A stretch of 64,000 bases of DNA from Paragordius varius (GCA_964247055.1 OZ176054.1:7068001-7132000), one strand, 5' to 3'; positions 1-14,900 are shown, counted from the stretch's first letter. Numbers and translations: made by a program. The notes: a model not told the origin generated them from the sequence alone.

Positions 1-298
1 AACATTCACATTTTAATGACCTTAAATTTAAGTAAACTTTTATATTTTTGTTTACGTTTAGATGACACCTGTTGGCAATCTATCGTCATTGCCTAATGAT
101 CCCAAAAATATAATTAAATCATATAGTACACCTAAAATTATATCCATGCTTATAAATAAATTTAATAATTAAACGTCAAAATTTCAAAATTTTATGGATA
201 ATAGGGATTGGAAATATCTTTGAAAAAAATCTCAAAAATATTTTATACCTTTACTCAAATATTTTCATCACTTAATTTATTTATAAGAGCATACCAAC

Positions 299-3200
299 CA
301 TGTTTGGTATGAATGGTAACAAGAGTCCACCAAAAAAATCAGTCGCTTCCAAAGGTAATTGTGTCGGCATGTTATCGATTGAACATACCAGGACCCCATC
401 TCCTGTAAAACTATCATTGTAAAAAATTTTTAATACTTTTTAAGTAAATTTATTTATACCCCAAATTAGATGATTTCATATCTTAAAAAAGCTTAACTTG
501 ACAAAGGTATAAAGTGACTTTAAAAACTTTTTATAGCCATAAAATAAAATAATCAACAATATATTTGTAAAGCAATGCAAAACCATTAAAAAGAGTTTTC
601 ATCACACATACCATACCTTTCTGTATTTTTATTTTGATCAGCATCGTAAAGGCAAAAAGGTTTATCTATCGTGGTACATTCACTCATAAATTCAATACTT
701 CCACCTGGATCAGCTGATATATCGCAGATGGCTAAAAGTCTGTGTGGTAAATTGGGACACCCTGGAATTTCTAAAATGCATATAATGCGCATAAAATTAT
801 AATTCAATTCAATTTGTTTATGGATTCTTAAAAAGAATTAGTATTAAAGCAATTAATTTTTTGAGAAGGGGATATTTTTATCATATTGCCAAAACAAAAA
901 ACTTTTGTTCTACCCAATTATTATCATATCTCCAACCATTAATAACGTTACAAAACTTTAATAAATGAGAAAATATATAAAATTACAAACAATATTGCAA
1001 TTACTGATCATAATTAATTTTTTGCTTTCTGCCTTTAAGTTATATAAAGTTTTATACCAGTTTTAAGCGTATTAGGAGTGGAAGCTTTTGAAAGATTTTC
1101 ATCAGATGAATTAGGAGTGTTGAAAGGATTCGTTGAATCAGGTTGCAAATTTTGCTTACGTGTAAACATAAAAGATGGTAGGGTCATACTCTTAGGGTTG
1201 TTGAAATTATTTTTTCCAAAATAAAAATGATTCGTTAAAGTGTGATAAAGCTTTTTATCATATTTCGTATCACCTTTATTCTGTCCATTATTATTGTTTG
1301 GTTGATCATAATAAAAGTATTGCTCAGGGGCATCTGTAAGAGATGAGCGACCATAATATTTTCGAAAATCCAATCCTGCATTAATATAAAAGTAATGAAA
1401 TCAGATTTTCTTAAGTAAAATAACCCTTAATCATGATGTATTAAATTTTTAAAATTTATATACGAGTTAATGCAATGTACAGTTATAATTAAAACGCCTT
1501 TCCAAAAACTATTTACTTTATATTTTATGTATATTACACAAAAACGGAATGAAACATGTGTAGGACAAAACAATTTGATCAGAAATTTTTAACCCACTTT
1601 TTTAACAGTTAAAACAATTTAAAAATCATCAATATAAATGCTTTATAAATTTATGACAAACAAATTTTACATAATGTTACGCTGGTTAAAATAGAGCAAT
1701 CAATTTTTTTAATATACATTTTTGTTTTTACATACAAATACCTTTTACATACAATAAATTTAAAGGGTAAGACAGTGGTGAGGAAAACAACATATTTTTG
1801 TTCATTATAAATTTTTTATAATATTTGTATAACTGACTCTCTCGATGCGGTATATGATCGCTGGCTTGGAGCAATGTTTTAGCTGCTGGGATAGTTATCA
1901 GTTTGGGTGAATCGGGAGCCCAATATATCCCGTTTATAATAACGTTTGCGTAGGGGGCAATCTATAATTAAAAAAATATAAAAATTCATAATTCGCCATG
2001 GATGAAATTATATAATCAATTACAGAAAAAAACGTAAAATAAATTTTAAATCATAAATTAATCGCTAAAAATTGTGGTTAATAATTTCAAACTTAATTTG
2101 GTCGCCAAAAAAATTGAATGTATAATGGGGGTTTTTTTCAAAAAAGGCAGCAATCGAATATTTTTTCTATTCATTTGGTTTAAAAAAAGTAAATATTGTA
2201 AAAATCAAAAACAGAAATATTTTAACCTTACTACTAAACATTGAAATATAATCTTTAGGATTTTTGTCATAATCTTCAGCATCAAAGGTCCCCCTCTGTT
2301 TATGTACTAAATGATGTTCGCGACTTATGACACATGCGTATATTTTATTCATTTCTATACAATATTTAATAAAATAAAATTAAAGTTATTAAGACAAAAT
2401 ATAATAAATAGAGCAGAAAAATCTTATAACATATTTATTCTTAAATTATAGTACCGCATTATTTTTATAAAGTATTATAACATAAATTCAATAAAATTAG
2501 GATGTATCTAACTAAAATTCATTTATGAATTCAATAATTTGCTAATATTTGCATAAAATTATTCGGCTTAATCCATAAAATAAAAATTATCTAAATTAAA
2601 AACGTAGAAGATTACACGTAATTTTGATAATATAAAGAAAATACTTCCGTATTTTAGGACTTTTGGTAAAGTTTCTGGATGAATGTATTCGTGGGGTAAT
2701 TCATTAAAGACTTCACGAGCACCCTGTAAAATAAATAAAATTATATTTGGATAAATTAAAAAAAATCAATTTTATTTGACTCATTGGTAGCTAAGACTTA
2801 ATACACTCCTGTGTTATGAAACACTAGCTGATGGTCCAACCTTAAAAAAATTATCCCTAATAAAAAAATAACCGATGAAAAAACAATACTAATAGGTCAA
2901 CATACACATATAAAAAATTTGTGACTCTTTAACTCGTATTCCGGATTTCATATCAAAGAAACCAAGATTTATTGATTTAAACACGCCTTTTTTGTTTTAA
3001 TTAATATTTTGTAATGATTTAAATTGAGTAAGGAGTTATTTTAAATATTATTGATGTCTCAAATGATCAAATTTCATTATATAAAGTAGAAATTAAATAT
3101 ACTTATACAACTTTGAATATTTGAACCACTATAGAAAAATTTACAGTCATAAAAGCAACAACCACAATAAAATATAGAGATGAACTCTGTCACCAAAAAA

Positions 3201-6200
3201 CAAAAAAGGTTTACATTTAAATATTAATTACTCACGTGGTTTTATTTTAAATTATTATAATAATAATCAACAAAATACAAAAATTGAAGGACTTTATAGA
3301 GTATAGCCACACAAAATCAATAACTTATCGATCGATAAAAAAATTAATAAATTATTATAAAATTCGTAATGGCTGTTTTAAAAAAAAGATATGTACTTGA
3401 GATACATTCCCAGACCCTGTAAAAATGAAAGTCAAGGGGCCAATCGATTTGGGCATATAACCCAAGGCGATTTGATAACCAACATCTCGAATCGCTTGTC
3501 TAGCAACATTACTATTACGATAATTATGAGCCAATCCTACATTCTAAAGCGTAGTTTAAACAGTAAAAATTAAAGATAGATTATAATATTTTTTACATAT
3601 AAAAACTACATTTTTTGGTATATAACAAAATTGCAAAATAAATTAACTCTGCTACCTATTTACATTATTCTTTATTTCGCAACTCAAAATGATAGGTTAG
3701 TTATTTCAAAATATGCCTTTCTTTATAATGAAAAAAAAATCTTTATTTTGTTTGCCTTTATAAATTTTTACTGTAACTTTACTATCAAATCACAAAAATG
3801 TTTTAGCTAAAATAAAAGATTGTAATAACCATGAAAGGTGTATGATGACCCAAGGCCAATAACCTTAATCCCAAACCGTGCAATATATTAATCATACCAG
3901 CCACACCGGCATACTTGCCAAATGCAATGACTCTAGCGTGATTTTCATCCACCATTTTTTCGTAATCGATTAACCGTATGTTCTAAACGTAGCGAAACAT
4001 AAAATTAACTGTAATTTTGAACTTCCAATTAAATGGTTAAATATTAAATATCCGTCAAATAACCAAATAATGTTAAAAAAGACATAAGATTTTTTACGTT
4101 ATTAATTAAAAAAATAATAAAAATATAGTTAATTTAAAATTTAAGAATATCGAAAACCGAATTATAATCAAATTTGTTAGCAAAATTTGTTGTTACAAAA
4201 TTGATAAAGCCTCGCAAAAAATTAAGCCCCACGACTTTTCTTCAAGTAAAAAGCAAATAACCTTTTCTAATATGGCATCCAAAAGTCCCATATTATCGGC
4301 TTGGGCTTTATGAGTATGTGAAAAAAAGACATAAGTTTTATTATCAATGAGTTCATCAATATCAGCTGGTCGCTTGACACCAACAATCAAACTAGCTTCA
4401 CTAATATCCTCCTGTATCATGGCTCCTGCTTTGGCATATTCCTTTATTAACAAATAAAAAATGCGATATAGTTTGATTTACATGTTGTTTATTGAAATAT
4501 AATTTTTGGTCTAAAGCGGTTCCACGGAAAATCTAATGGTAGTTTTGGTCCCATTAAATTAAATTTCCAGACGAATTTTTTCTTAACAATTATATAATAT
4601 TTATTTATCTATTTCAAAACTTCCAGTGTTGATTGACCTTGTTCTAAAAGCATTATAATACAGAATTTTTAACTTTATTGGAATAAACCCCCTTTGTGCA
4701 TTATTTTGTAATTTGGATATTTAAAACTTTTTCAAAAAGTAAACGTTAAAGGTTTGGCAATTTTGATTGGTGAAATCTCCCTGTATTACTAAATCGTCTG
4801 CCAAAATTATAATTCGATAAATATTTTTGGTTTACAATATAATTTAATCAGGATCAAATAAATTAAATGATTTAATATATTTTTGATTATCAATATAAGT
4901 AATTTAGAAGACGTAATCTAATTACCATTTAAAAGCATATAATACACAAATTAAATGGGCAATAAGGTAATTGCTATAATTATCAGAAAAATATAATCAA
5001 ATAAAATAAAATAAACGAAACTTATGGCCTTAAACGAAAATAGGTAGGTTAATTTTAATTTTTAATTTCATTTTTGTATGTATTAAAAAATCTTAGAATA
5101 TTTAGCTCCTCAGTTGTTTTTTAGTTTAGGGGTAGAGTAGCATAGGCATAGAAACCCGTACGCTTTTTACTGTACACTATACTTGGGAAACTTTTACTAA
5201 GCGAATTTCTCGCATAAAAAAGGTTATTAATTAATTTTTGTTAATAAATAGTTGAAATCAGAATAAAAGCATATTCGCGAAACTTTTCGGTCCCATGTAC
5301 CACATACAAAGGTTTTAATGCATATGATTCAAAAAAATTCAAAAAAGACGCTTATAATTATATTTTAAATCGGCAATTTTTCAGCATCAAAATTGTATGC
5401 TAATTATTTTAAAATCATAATACATATCGACATGTAAATTAAATTCTGCTCTCGTTACTGTCGTAGGAATTCAAATAAATTTTATGAGGTGAAATCCATT
5501 GTCCACCAAAAAATTTGATCCACAATTATTTATTTATATGAATAATTAGAATAACCTAAACAATTCAATATATGATCATATAGGTTAAAGTAAATAATAA
5601 CAACAATATAACGCGAAGGAATCGCTTAATAATTTTTCCTTATGCTATGACAGATTTCGTTAATTATATAATTAGCACGATAATATAAGTAGTAAAAACC
5701 AAAAACAAATATTTTTCTCACATCATATTTGAGGATAATTTAGCCATAAAAATTGCTAACCTAAATTAATTCAATAGTGTGAGCGGTTATTCACAAATAA
5801 ACTGCAGACAAGCAGCTATACAAGATTTTTTGGCACAATAATGCATATATTTGTTTTTTTTGTCGAAAATAATAAATAAACTTTTTGGCACATTTTACGA
5901 AAGCTATAAAATGTATTACTTACGGCATTCAATGTAAAATTAATTTCGTAATATTTGTTGCATAATATATTAATTCCTGGGATATTTTTCTACTTTAACC
6001 GAAATTCATCTCAAATAAAATAATGTCCTTCGTCAATGGTAATCATAGACTAGCATTGTGCCTGTAAGCGCCTGAAGTATACATCTATTTGACTTACGGT
6101 CAACCATTTTCTATATATATACCATACATAATTTTGCAATTCAGGTATAATTACAATAGGGATGGCAATTTAAACCTAAACTGATTTGAGCATAACTCGA

Positions 6201-6428
6201 GTAAAAATAATTAATTAGAAAATAAAATCTTACATCCATAGGGTACGCTCGACGATTAGAAGGTTGTACTAAAACACGTAACCCTTTCCCACATAAAGCC
6301 TTTACATGAACGGGCGATAAGGGGGCTCGCCTTTCCCAAGCACTTTGGGTCTCTCTACGAATTGCCAATGTATTGAGATTTGATACATCGGTCTTTTGGG
6401 AATATAAACGAAATATAATGCGTAACAT
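299..6428 (-). CDS. AASS: Alpha-aminoadipic semialdehyde synthase (bifunctional LKR/SDH), 5' portion covering the LKR domain; gene continues off the left edge
   Basis: Hand-spliced GT-AG exons in transcription order: 6428-6234, 4441-4262, 3982-3830, 3543-3397, 2723-2645, 2354-2227, 1961-1838, 1375-1058 (extra exon), 770-617, 410-299; phases are consistent. Motifs: [153 protein letters not shown]. The N-terminus [12 protein letters not shown] looks like a mitochondrial presequence. The last donor (299 vs 295) is ambiguous. Confidence 0.93.
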
Positions 6429-6754
6429 AAAATTTGTGTCGATGGATTAATTAGAGAAAAAACAATGGTAAAAATACGCTTTTCAAATTTAAATTATAGA
6501 AGGTGTGCCCTTCGACACATGATAAAAATACACTCATTTTTGTCTATTGTTAAAAAATAAAAATAATTGATATCCAAATAATTATTTATGGCAAAATAAT
6601 TTTAAAATCTTCATAAAACTTTGCAATGTATTGGGGGTAGTAGATTTACTTATTATTATGCTTTTTTATTTGTAAGATGGGCCTATGTTAGGCAATAACT
6701 TAAAAAATAATATTTCAAATCTACTTTTTTGACATTTTGACCGAAAGTGCTATT

Positions 6755-7820
6755 AACACTTAAAAAAGTACTGAAAACGATCCAATTTAAATTTATTCTA
6801 TTCAAATTAAAATTATATAAATAAGCCGATATATCTAAATAAAATTTAGTTTTTAAAAAGTTCTATATCAAACAACTTCGACGCCATTTTTATTTTACAA
6901 CCTTGCAAAATATCGAGTTCATTTGATTAACACTTCGATTCAAATTGGGGTATGTAAATACCCCAGACTAAATTAAAATTGGTAGTTTTAAAAAGATACT
7001 GAGGAAAACGGTCCTATTTTAAATTTAAGCTCTATCTTAATAAAAATTATATAAATAAACCAAAATATCTAAATAAGATTTTGTTTTAAAAAAAAGTTCC
7101 ATGTCAAACTAATCCGACGCCATTTTTATTTTACAAATTTTTGCAAAATATCGTCATTTTATTTTAAGGGTAAATATAAAGCTAATTTTTTATTTAAATT
7201 AAATCATAAATTGTTAGAAATAGAAAAGGCTATTTATTTTGCGTTTTTTTTCAATTTTACCATTCCACCACGTTGTCTTTTTTGCCTTTGAGTTTAAATT
7301 AAAATAATTAATATTAAGTATTTTTGAATAGATTTTTTATATATTTCGGTTTATTAATGTTATGTAAGTGCAAAATTTTGCCATGGTTTTGATTGCTTCC
7401 ATATTTTTAATAATTTTATTTTAAACAGGCCTGGGGTATCTAACTACCCCAATTTGAATCGAAGTACTGAAATGAGTGTGTTGTATTCAAGTGTTAAGCT
7501 AAAATGAAACCGATTTATTCATTTAAATGACATCTAAAATTGATAGAAACAGTAAAAGTAGTTTATTTTGTATCATTTTAAAATGTAGCTAATGCACACA
7601 TGTCATGTTGACAGAGGTTTTACCTTAAAATAAGTAATATGAAGTATTTTTAAAACTTTTTTATATATTTCGTTTTATTAATTTTATAAATGTGCGAATC
7701 CTAGCCATGGTTTAAATTCGCTCCTTATTTTATAAATTATTTAATTTAAAACAAGTCTGGAGTATCCAACTACCCCAATTTGAATTGGAGGACTGAAATG
7801 AATGTGTTGCATCCAGTTAA
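6755..7820. repeat. Composite dispersed repeat with internal direct and inverted modules
   Basis: ~6770-6915 repeats directly at ~7000-7155 (…gacgccatttttattttacaa…gcaaaatatcg). ~7320-7490 repeats at ~7640-7815. 6931-6968 (cacttcgattcaaattggggta…tacccca) is the reverse complement of ~7430-7467. An inverted homolog lies at ~51080-51803. Confidence 0.7.
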
Positions 7821-9409
7821 ATATCTCAATATTAAATTAATTTCTTGAAAAAAAATTTAAAGGGGGGTTCCAATTTAAATCTATGCTTCCATTTTAACAA
7901 TTCATCTTTCGATTTTTTGGGACAATTGCTAATTGGAATATTTTCTACCTCTGCTTAAATTATATAAACAACTGTTTTAAGAGTTGTTTTGGCTTAATCC
8001 ATTTAGCAAACTATCTTCTACTGCAGATAAAAATTAATAATTTTAGAGTTTTTTAACTTTTAGAGTCCGAAACGCGAATACCTCCTAAAGACGATATAAG
8101 GCAAGGAGTTAATTTTGGATTTTAAAAAATCAAAATTTTTTAACACTTCATGACCTTTTGGTAGTTTATATCCCAGATTTGAAATTCGAATATCTGAAAA
8201 AGTATTTAAGGTATTATGAAAGTATGCTTTCTTTAGCCTCTCAGGCGCATAACACAAAAACATAAAAGTGTAAATTTGATAAATCCTTCGCCGCCATTCT
8301 TTTAAAGCTAATATAATTGGCAAAAATGCATAATATTTATATAAAAACGAGCTGTTGAGTTTAATCGTGTTTTGGTGTCCAGTTTTAAACTCTAGAAGAA
8401 AAACTGTAATAAATAATAACTTTTTTATTACAGAAGAATGTTTGATAATCAAATTTTAACTAATAACATTATAAAGAGCAGAGTTCAAGATATTCTGGAA
8501 TATAAAACTACCCTAATATATTATCGCAAACAAAAAGTGAAAACATGAAATGTTACAATCTAATTTGGAAGCTAGTTAATTATTCACTTTATTTAACCTT
8601 AATTTACATTTATTAGCCTGCTATAATATTAGCGATAAAAAAATAAGGCATAATAGCTGTAAAAAGATTTGAGATGAGGAATATTTTACAATTTTAAATA
8701 TTTTTATCTCTGCTCCAAATACGTATTGTCTAAATTTTTCCCTCAGGTTTATGCAAAAACTAAGAAATTTCAAGTCTTGTAGAATGAATATTGATATTTA
8801 GAGGCATCAATATTTAGCGCAAACTTTAGTTTCAATACATTCCATTTTTTTAATTTTTGATTTTAGACAGGTCTGGGTCATCATTCACACCAATTTCTAT
8901 AACCAGAGACGATTTTAGAGGTTAAATAGGTTTTATAAATTAACTTAGCATAGTGTTTGGAATGTTTTTATATCTACTAAATTATAAGTGGCGAACAAGC
9001 ATATAATTTTGAGATAAACGACATTAATATGCAGGTGACTATATTATATTAACTCCAATTATCTTTTTGAATTTTCTAACCAAAGCCATTTAAAATTAAA
9101 TAAATCTAAATAATTACGGAATAACTCAATTCAAACAAATGCATTGATTATATCCCTTTTAGGAGCATTATAAAAAATATTTATTAAAAATTTAAATTAT
9201 GAACAAATTTTCTGCCAAAAATATAACCGCAATTTTTTGGATTTTTATAAAATTTAATAATGGTAATTAAAACACTGAATTATTAAAAAAATTGTATTAA
9301 TATGCTTTTATTAATTATAACAGTTTGATCTTATTAGATATGCTATCTAAAATATTACACTCTCCCAAAACTGTAAAGAATAAAACCATTTTGTATTGGA
9401 TGAAATCTC

Positions 9410-10335
9410 AGTTCAAAAGATGGCTCTTTTCTTTCAACATACTTAAAGACAAAATTTTTTGAAACTATATTAAAATATTTTTTTAATATTTTACTAGCTA
9501 AATTCACTATTAAAATCTTAACATTCATATTTTATTCAGTAAAAAAACTTAAATATCAAAATAAAAGTAAAAAATATATTTTTTAAAATTTTATTTTTTT
9601 ATCACCTGGTTTATGAGTGTATAAAAAATTTACTGTTTTATTTTGGAATCTGAGATGAGCGGGAATTAAAGTATATAAATTAAAACATATATAGGATTTA
9701 ATAGTAGTGGAATATCAACCAAAAATCCGTCCAAATCCCAGTTAAAATATTAATTTGTGTTAAAACAATGTTATAAGGATTAGGATTGTTGTTTGATACA
9801 CTACTTTTCAATATACTAATTCCCACTCATGTAAGATTCCAAAATAAAACAGTATAAATTTTTTATACACTCATAAACCAGGTGACAAAAAAATGAAAAA
9901 ATAAAAAACAATATTTTTTAGTTTTATTTTGATATATAAGTTTTTTTTACTAAATAAATTATGAAAGTTAAGATTTTAATAGAATTTAGCTAGTAAATAA
10001 TTAAAAAATATTTTTAGTTTCATAAAAAAATTTGTCTTTTAAATATGTTGAAAGAAAAACGCCATCATTTGAAGGAGGATTTGATAACCCTAAGATTTTA
10101 GGCTATTTATATTAAAAATATCTCCTAAATGATAATAAACCCTAATATATCAAGTTTTATTATTATTTTTTGAATAATTCTTAATTATCAATCTTTACTT
10201 TTGGCCCAATTTTGATTTCCTAATATTTCAAAAACTAGGTCGTCAACTAATTGAAATTTTTGGGCCAAATGAATTCGCTGAACATGAGCTATCTCATGAA
10301 AAAAAAATTTGATGAAAAAATAACCCTCTTTTTTC
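9410..10335. mobile_element. Left-truncated copy of the foldback/MITE element seen complete at 19778-21010
   Basis: ~9410-9667 is the reverse complement of ~9820-10075. ~10075-10335 matches ~20720-21000 and ends in taaccctctttttt. Confidence 0.75.
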
Positions 10336-10925
10336 CATATAATTACAAATTAATATAGTTTTTAATTAAATAATTTATAATAACAATAACGCTTTTTTGA
10401 TATTGCCTTTAAATTCAAACATTATTTCTGATATGTTTGACAAATGCCATTAATTGTATGGGATTTTATTTGGGTTGATTAAAAATTCGTTTACCATCAT
10501 TTCGATCGCTGCAAGTACACATTGTGCAAGTTTAAGTTTAATTTTCACATTGTGGTGTGCCCACAAATTTTATAAATATATAATCGATATATATAGAAAC
10601 TTGGATTCTCCCAACTTCATTCCCAATTTTCTTTCATCATTACAGTTGGGACAGCCTACCTCTTTAAGCAGTATATTGTCATACAAGATGCGAGTGATAA
10701 AGTTTTTTTATACTTGTAACTTAAAATTTTGCAATCATATACACATAAAAAATAATAAATTTTTGGAATTGCATTGATCATGCTGTCATAGGAGTAATGC
10801 TATTTTAAATTTCTATCATTGCTTAAGCTGACCATTTGGTAAATGGTTACAAAAAACTTATTATTTAATTAGAATGTGTATCCTTTAAATTGGATAAATT
10901 TAAGCCACTTCGTTTCCATTATATA

Positions 10926-11900
10926 ACAGGTGTAGACAAAAGTCTTTATAGGTTTTTTGGTAAAAAAAAACATATAATTTTGTAAAGAAATCAATTATTT
11001 ACTTTATTCATTATATTTTTTATCAGTTTCTTCACGCCTATCTAGTAATATATTAATCCATTTAGAAATTCGATTGTATTTTGCTAAGTGTCCTTTGTCA
11101 AGCCATTTTGCAAGTCTTTGAAATTATTAAAGTGCTGCTCTGCAAGCGTGTGCCTCATTGATCCAAAGAGGTAATATTCACCTGGCGCCATATCAGGGAA
11201 ATACGGCGGAGTAAGAATTTCCGTTGAAGGAATTTTTAAATGTCTTTGGTTTTGTGGCGGAGGATTGTCATATGTTAAAATCTTTTTGCCATGTGTGACC
11301 CATTCCAGTCTTTTTTAATTAAATCGTATATACTCATTATTTTTTGGCCATAGCGCTGAGTATTAATGGTTTTACTAGATTTCAAAACCATAATACAATA
11401 CCGCTCTAGTTCCGCCAGACACAGATAATCCTCGTGTGCCGAGATTATTGGTCTTCATTGCTCTTAGGCGTCTCTGATTTTTTGTGCTGCACGTAGTGCT
11501 TCTACCGATTGCCATTGAGTTTGAGTTGAATCATTATCCAATAACTACTGCGCTTGATAGTCTTAGCAGTTGTGTGCTAAGCGCCCACTCTTTCTCATTT
11601 TGATATTATAATTTAATCATTAACCATGTTTCACATGTTTTAATCGATGGAGTATGTTCACCATATCTTTCTACCATCAAACGATGACTTTCAAGATTCG
11701 TTTTCTTCTGAGAAATAGCAAAAGCAGTGCACGATGCAAATTTAAGGCACACGATTCGAGATGATTGATGTAATAAGGCGCTTATTTGGCAGACTCGAAT
11801 TGGTGTATTTGTATTAATTGGGTCTGTGTCAAATTAATCGTCTGCGTACTTTTTACCGATTCTCTTAGTTAAGTCGGTAATGACTATGACACACCTCAAC
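10926..11900 (-). mobile_element. Degenerate mariner (Mos1-like DD34D) transposase relic
   Basis: Minus-strand translation of ~11230-11105 gives EILTPPYFPDMAPGEYYLFGSMRHTLAEQHF, matching the mariner YSPDLAPSDYxLF motif region. DNA similarity to 40600-41000. Frames are broken and the boundaries are approximate. Confidence 0.8.
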
Positions 11901-14900
11901 ACAGTTATATACAACAAAATCATATTTAAAATATTTTATTTTTTTGCAAGCTGAAAAAACAAAATGCTACCCCCAAAAAATATGTGAAGTGTTGATAATA
12001 GTAGGTTAGATTTAATATGATGTGTCATATTTGATTAAACCTTATGTGGCTTACTACAGGTTGTGACAAGTTAGTTTAATAACCAACATTTAGATCCTGA
12101 AAATTCCGTCATATAGTGGTAAAAATAAACAGAAATAGGAAAAACAAACCGAAAATATATAGTGATATGCTTCGATCGTGATCACAGATAGTTTGGTACT
12201 TGTTAACACTCATCAGTACGACACAAATATTTAAATTGGAGTTTTCTCATATTTTCGATAAATATACCCAACTTAGAAATATTGGTATATTTTTGCGCCT
12301 TACATAAATAAATGATAAAGATATAACAATATGACTCCAAATTCGTCCAAATTTTCTCCAAAAAAATAATCAAAACTGGTCTGGTTAGCCCTTACATATT
12401 TTAATTATTGCAAAAAAGATGTGATTTTGAAAGTAAAAGTAAATTCAAAAACCGTAAAATATGGGTCTCGCGGAAGTTTTGCAGGAAAATATAATACTTT
12501 ATTATAACAAAACAAATATATTGACATCAAACATGATATTTTTATATTAATTAGTATTATATTTAGATTTTTGCATGGCAATCGGTTACAAGGATGCATC
12601 GAAGCGTTGAAGTAGATATACATTAGGGTTTTTACAATACAACAATATCGGAGAGCCATATAAAGAAAGTTCGTATTTTAATTATAAAGGATATTAAATC
12701 TTACCTATTACCAATATTAATGGGTCACTTTAAGCAAATATATGGTTAGTTTGTGTGATAATATTTGTTTAAAGAAATTTTAATCAGTGTATTGTTTCCT
12801 TAAATGTTTTTTATATTTATAATTATAACTATTATTATTAAAATAATGATTGTATATACTGGTTAATATAAATAATGTTTTTTCCACTCTTTTCTTCTCA
12901 AATAAATTAACTAACCTGTGGCAAATATAAGTACTAAAAAATTTAAATAAACTAACTACTAGACAGCTTCATGATTACCTTTGTCTATCATCATATAATG
13001 GAATGCAAAAGGTATGAATTATAAACATCATATTAATTTTTTTAGCAAAATATTATTTATTAATAACAATATTATAATCAACAATCCAACCTTTTTTCCA
13101 TTAAGATTTAGCACATAATTAATATCAAAATTTGAAATAATCATGCCTAAAAATGATTATTTAGATTTAATGTCATTTTTATGAATTGTCTCCTTATTTG
13201 ATTATCGGCTGAACTCGTTTGCTAAAACTTTTTTGCATTCTCACCTACGTGGTTTATCTTTAGACAATAAAAAGCTAATTAATTTTTTATGATAAAAAAT
13301 CTTTTTGATAATAACAAAATTTTTGACAGATTTGCATATCTATATATTCCAGTGCATAAGTAAATATATTTTATCCGCCAGATAATAAGGAAGACGACTA
13401 ATTATTATCATAAAAGTATACACAGTATTTTTATCATTACAAAGTTTTCGCTTTTTATTTTTATCATCAGAAAAGAGTGATATTTGATCCCTTAAACCTT
13501 TGTATCTAAACTCATTATTATATATGCATACAGTTTCTGTAATTCGTATCTTTCATCAATACAATCCACATAATCTGATCTAAGGTTAACTTTCACTAAT
13601 AATGCAACATATCCGATGTTTATGATTACGATGTCATTACGCAATAAAAACATGATGTTTTGTCTCCTCTCGTTGTTCTGCATATATACAGTTCAGTGAT
13701 TTCTCATATCACCAAATAAATATTAATAATCATGATATATAATTAAAGTTTTAGTATAATCATATATAAATATATTTACATAAAGCTCCTCCTACCTATC
13801 AGTACAAAAAAACAAAAAAAATTAATACGCTTAGGTAACGACAACTGACTGTATATAAATCAGACAGATGAAACAAAACTTCTTCCAACAAATACATACA
13901 TCCGATAATACTACTTTTGTAAATGGTGATTACTGAACCATTCGTCCAATTATTACTTTTTTTGTTTGCTTGCTTCAAAGTAAGAATCGGATAAGGGATT
14001 AAGAATGAATAAAATCTTTGGTATGTTATCAGAGGACATTCATCCCACTATGTGATTTGTTGTACCTTTTTCCGCTCAAATTACACCGAAAGTTCAGTGA
14101 TAATTATTAGATATTATCCAAATTTTTTAAATCTTCTCTTGTACTAAAATAGTGAATGATTTTGCTTAAAACACCAACCAAATTTGCTAAATTTAATTGT
14201 TAATAAAAATATTTTAAGATCAAACCTTTTTTTAATAATGGTTATTTATATCAATAATATTAAGATAGGAAAGAACATAAAATATCTCATAGAAATATAA
14301 TTCCATCCCTCGTCGAAAAAACATTGAATGATAACTGTTGTGCATGCATATATCGGAATATATGTGCTCTTTATGCATTATCATTATTTTCTAAAAGAAC
14401 TTTCACTTACTCAGCATTTTATGTTTAATGTTTGCATTTATAACAAAAAGAATACCTCTGCGATTAAAATTATATATTTATATCATTATCTACGTGTTTC
14501 TCCTGATTTCCTAACTGAACAAATATCTTCTCTTGTCATAACAACTACAAGCTATTAAATCATTTCCAATTTTAATTTATCTTTTTATTATGTTACATAT
14601 AAATTACCTAACATTATGAAAGAAAGGTTTCATATCAATTCAAGCCTCATTTAAAATTGCTACAAGACAATCCTCTTTAATTTAATCCTGAATGTTATTA
14701 TATTTAAATACTATCATTATTGCGGTCCTTCTTTGATGCAAAACAAGAAAAATTATTATTTAAAATATTTTTCTTTTGAAATCTCGCTGTAAGGACGGAC
14801 AAGTTTTGCACAAATATAATTCTCATATCAAAGGATAATACAGAAAATTTAATTTCTGTTAGATCTGTAATACATGGTGCGAAAAACGCGCTTTTATTTT

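Noticed and set aside
38-170. Plus-strand acceptor-like tract (tttacgtttAG) followed by a short frame MTPVGNLSSLPNDPKNII…
   Set aside because: No recognisable homology, no donor found, antisense to an AASS intron. No next AASS exon could be found in 1-298 either, so the gene is treated as running off the window.
8060-8452. 130-aa minus-strand ORF
   Set aside because: Non-ATG start, composition typical of AT-rich non-coding DNA, no motif or splice context.
10454-10777. 107-aa plus ORF, and Cys-rich fragments on the minus strand (GCPNC, CTMCTC)
   Set aside because: Fragments are interrupted by stops and cannot be joined into a gene; no family recognised.
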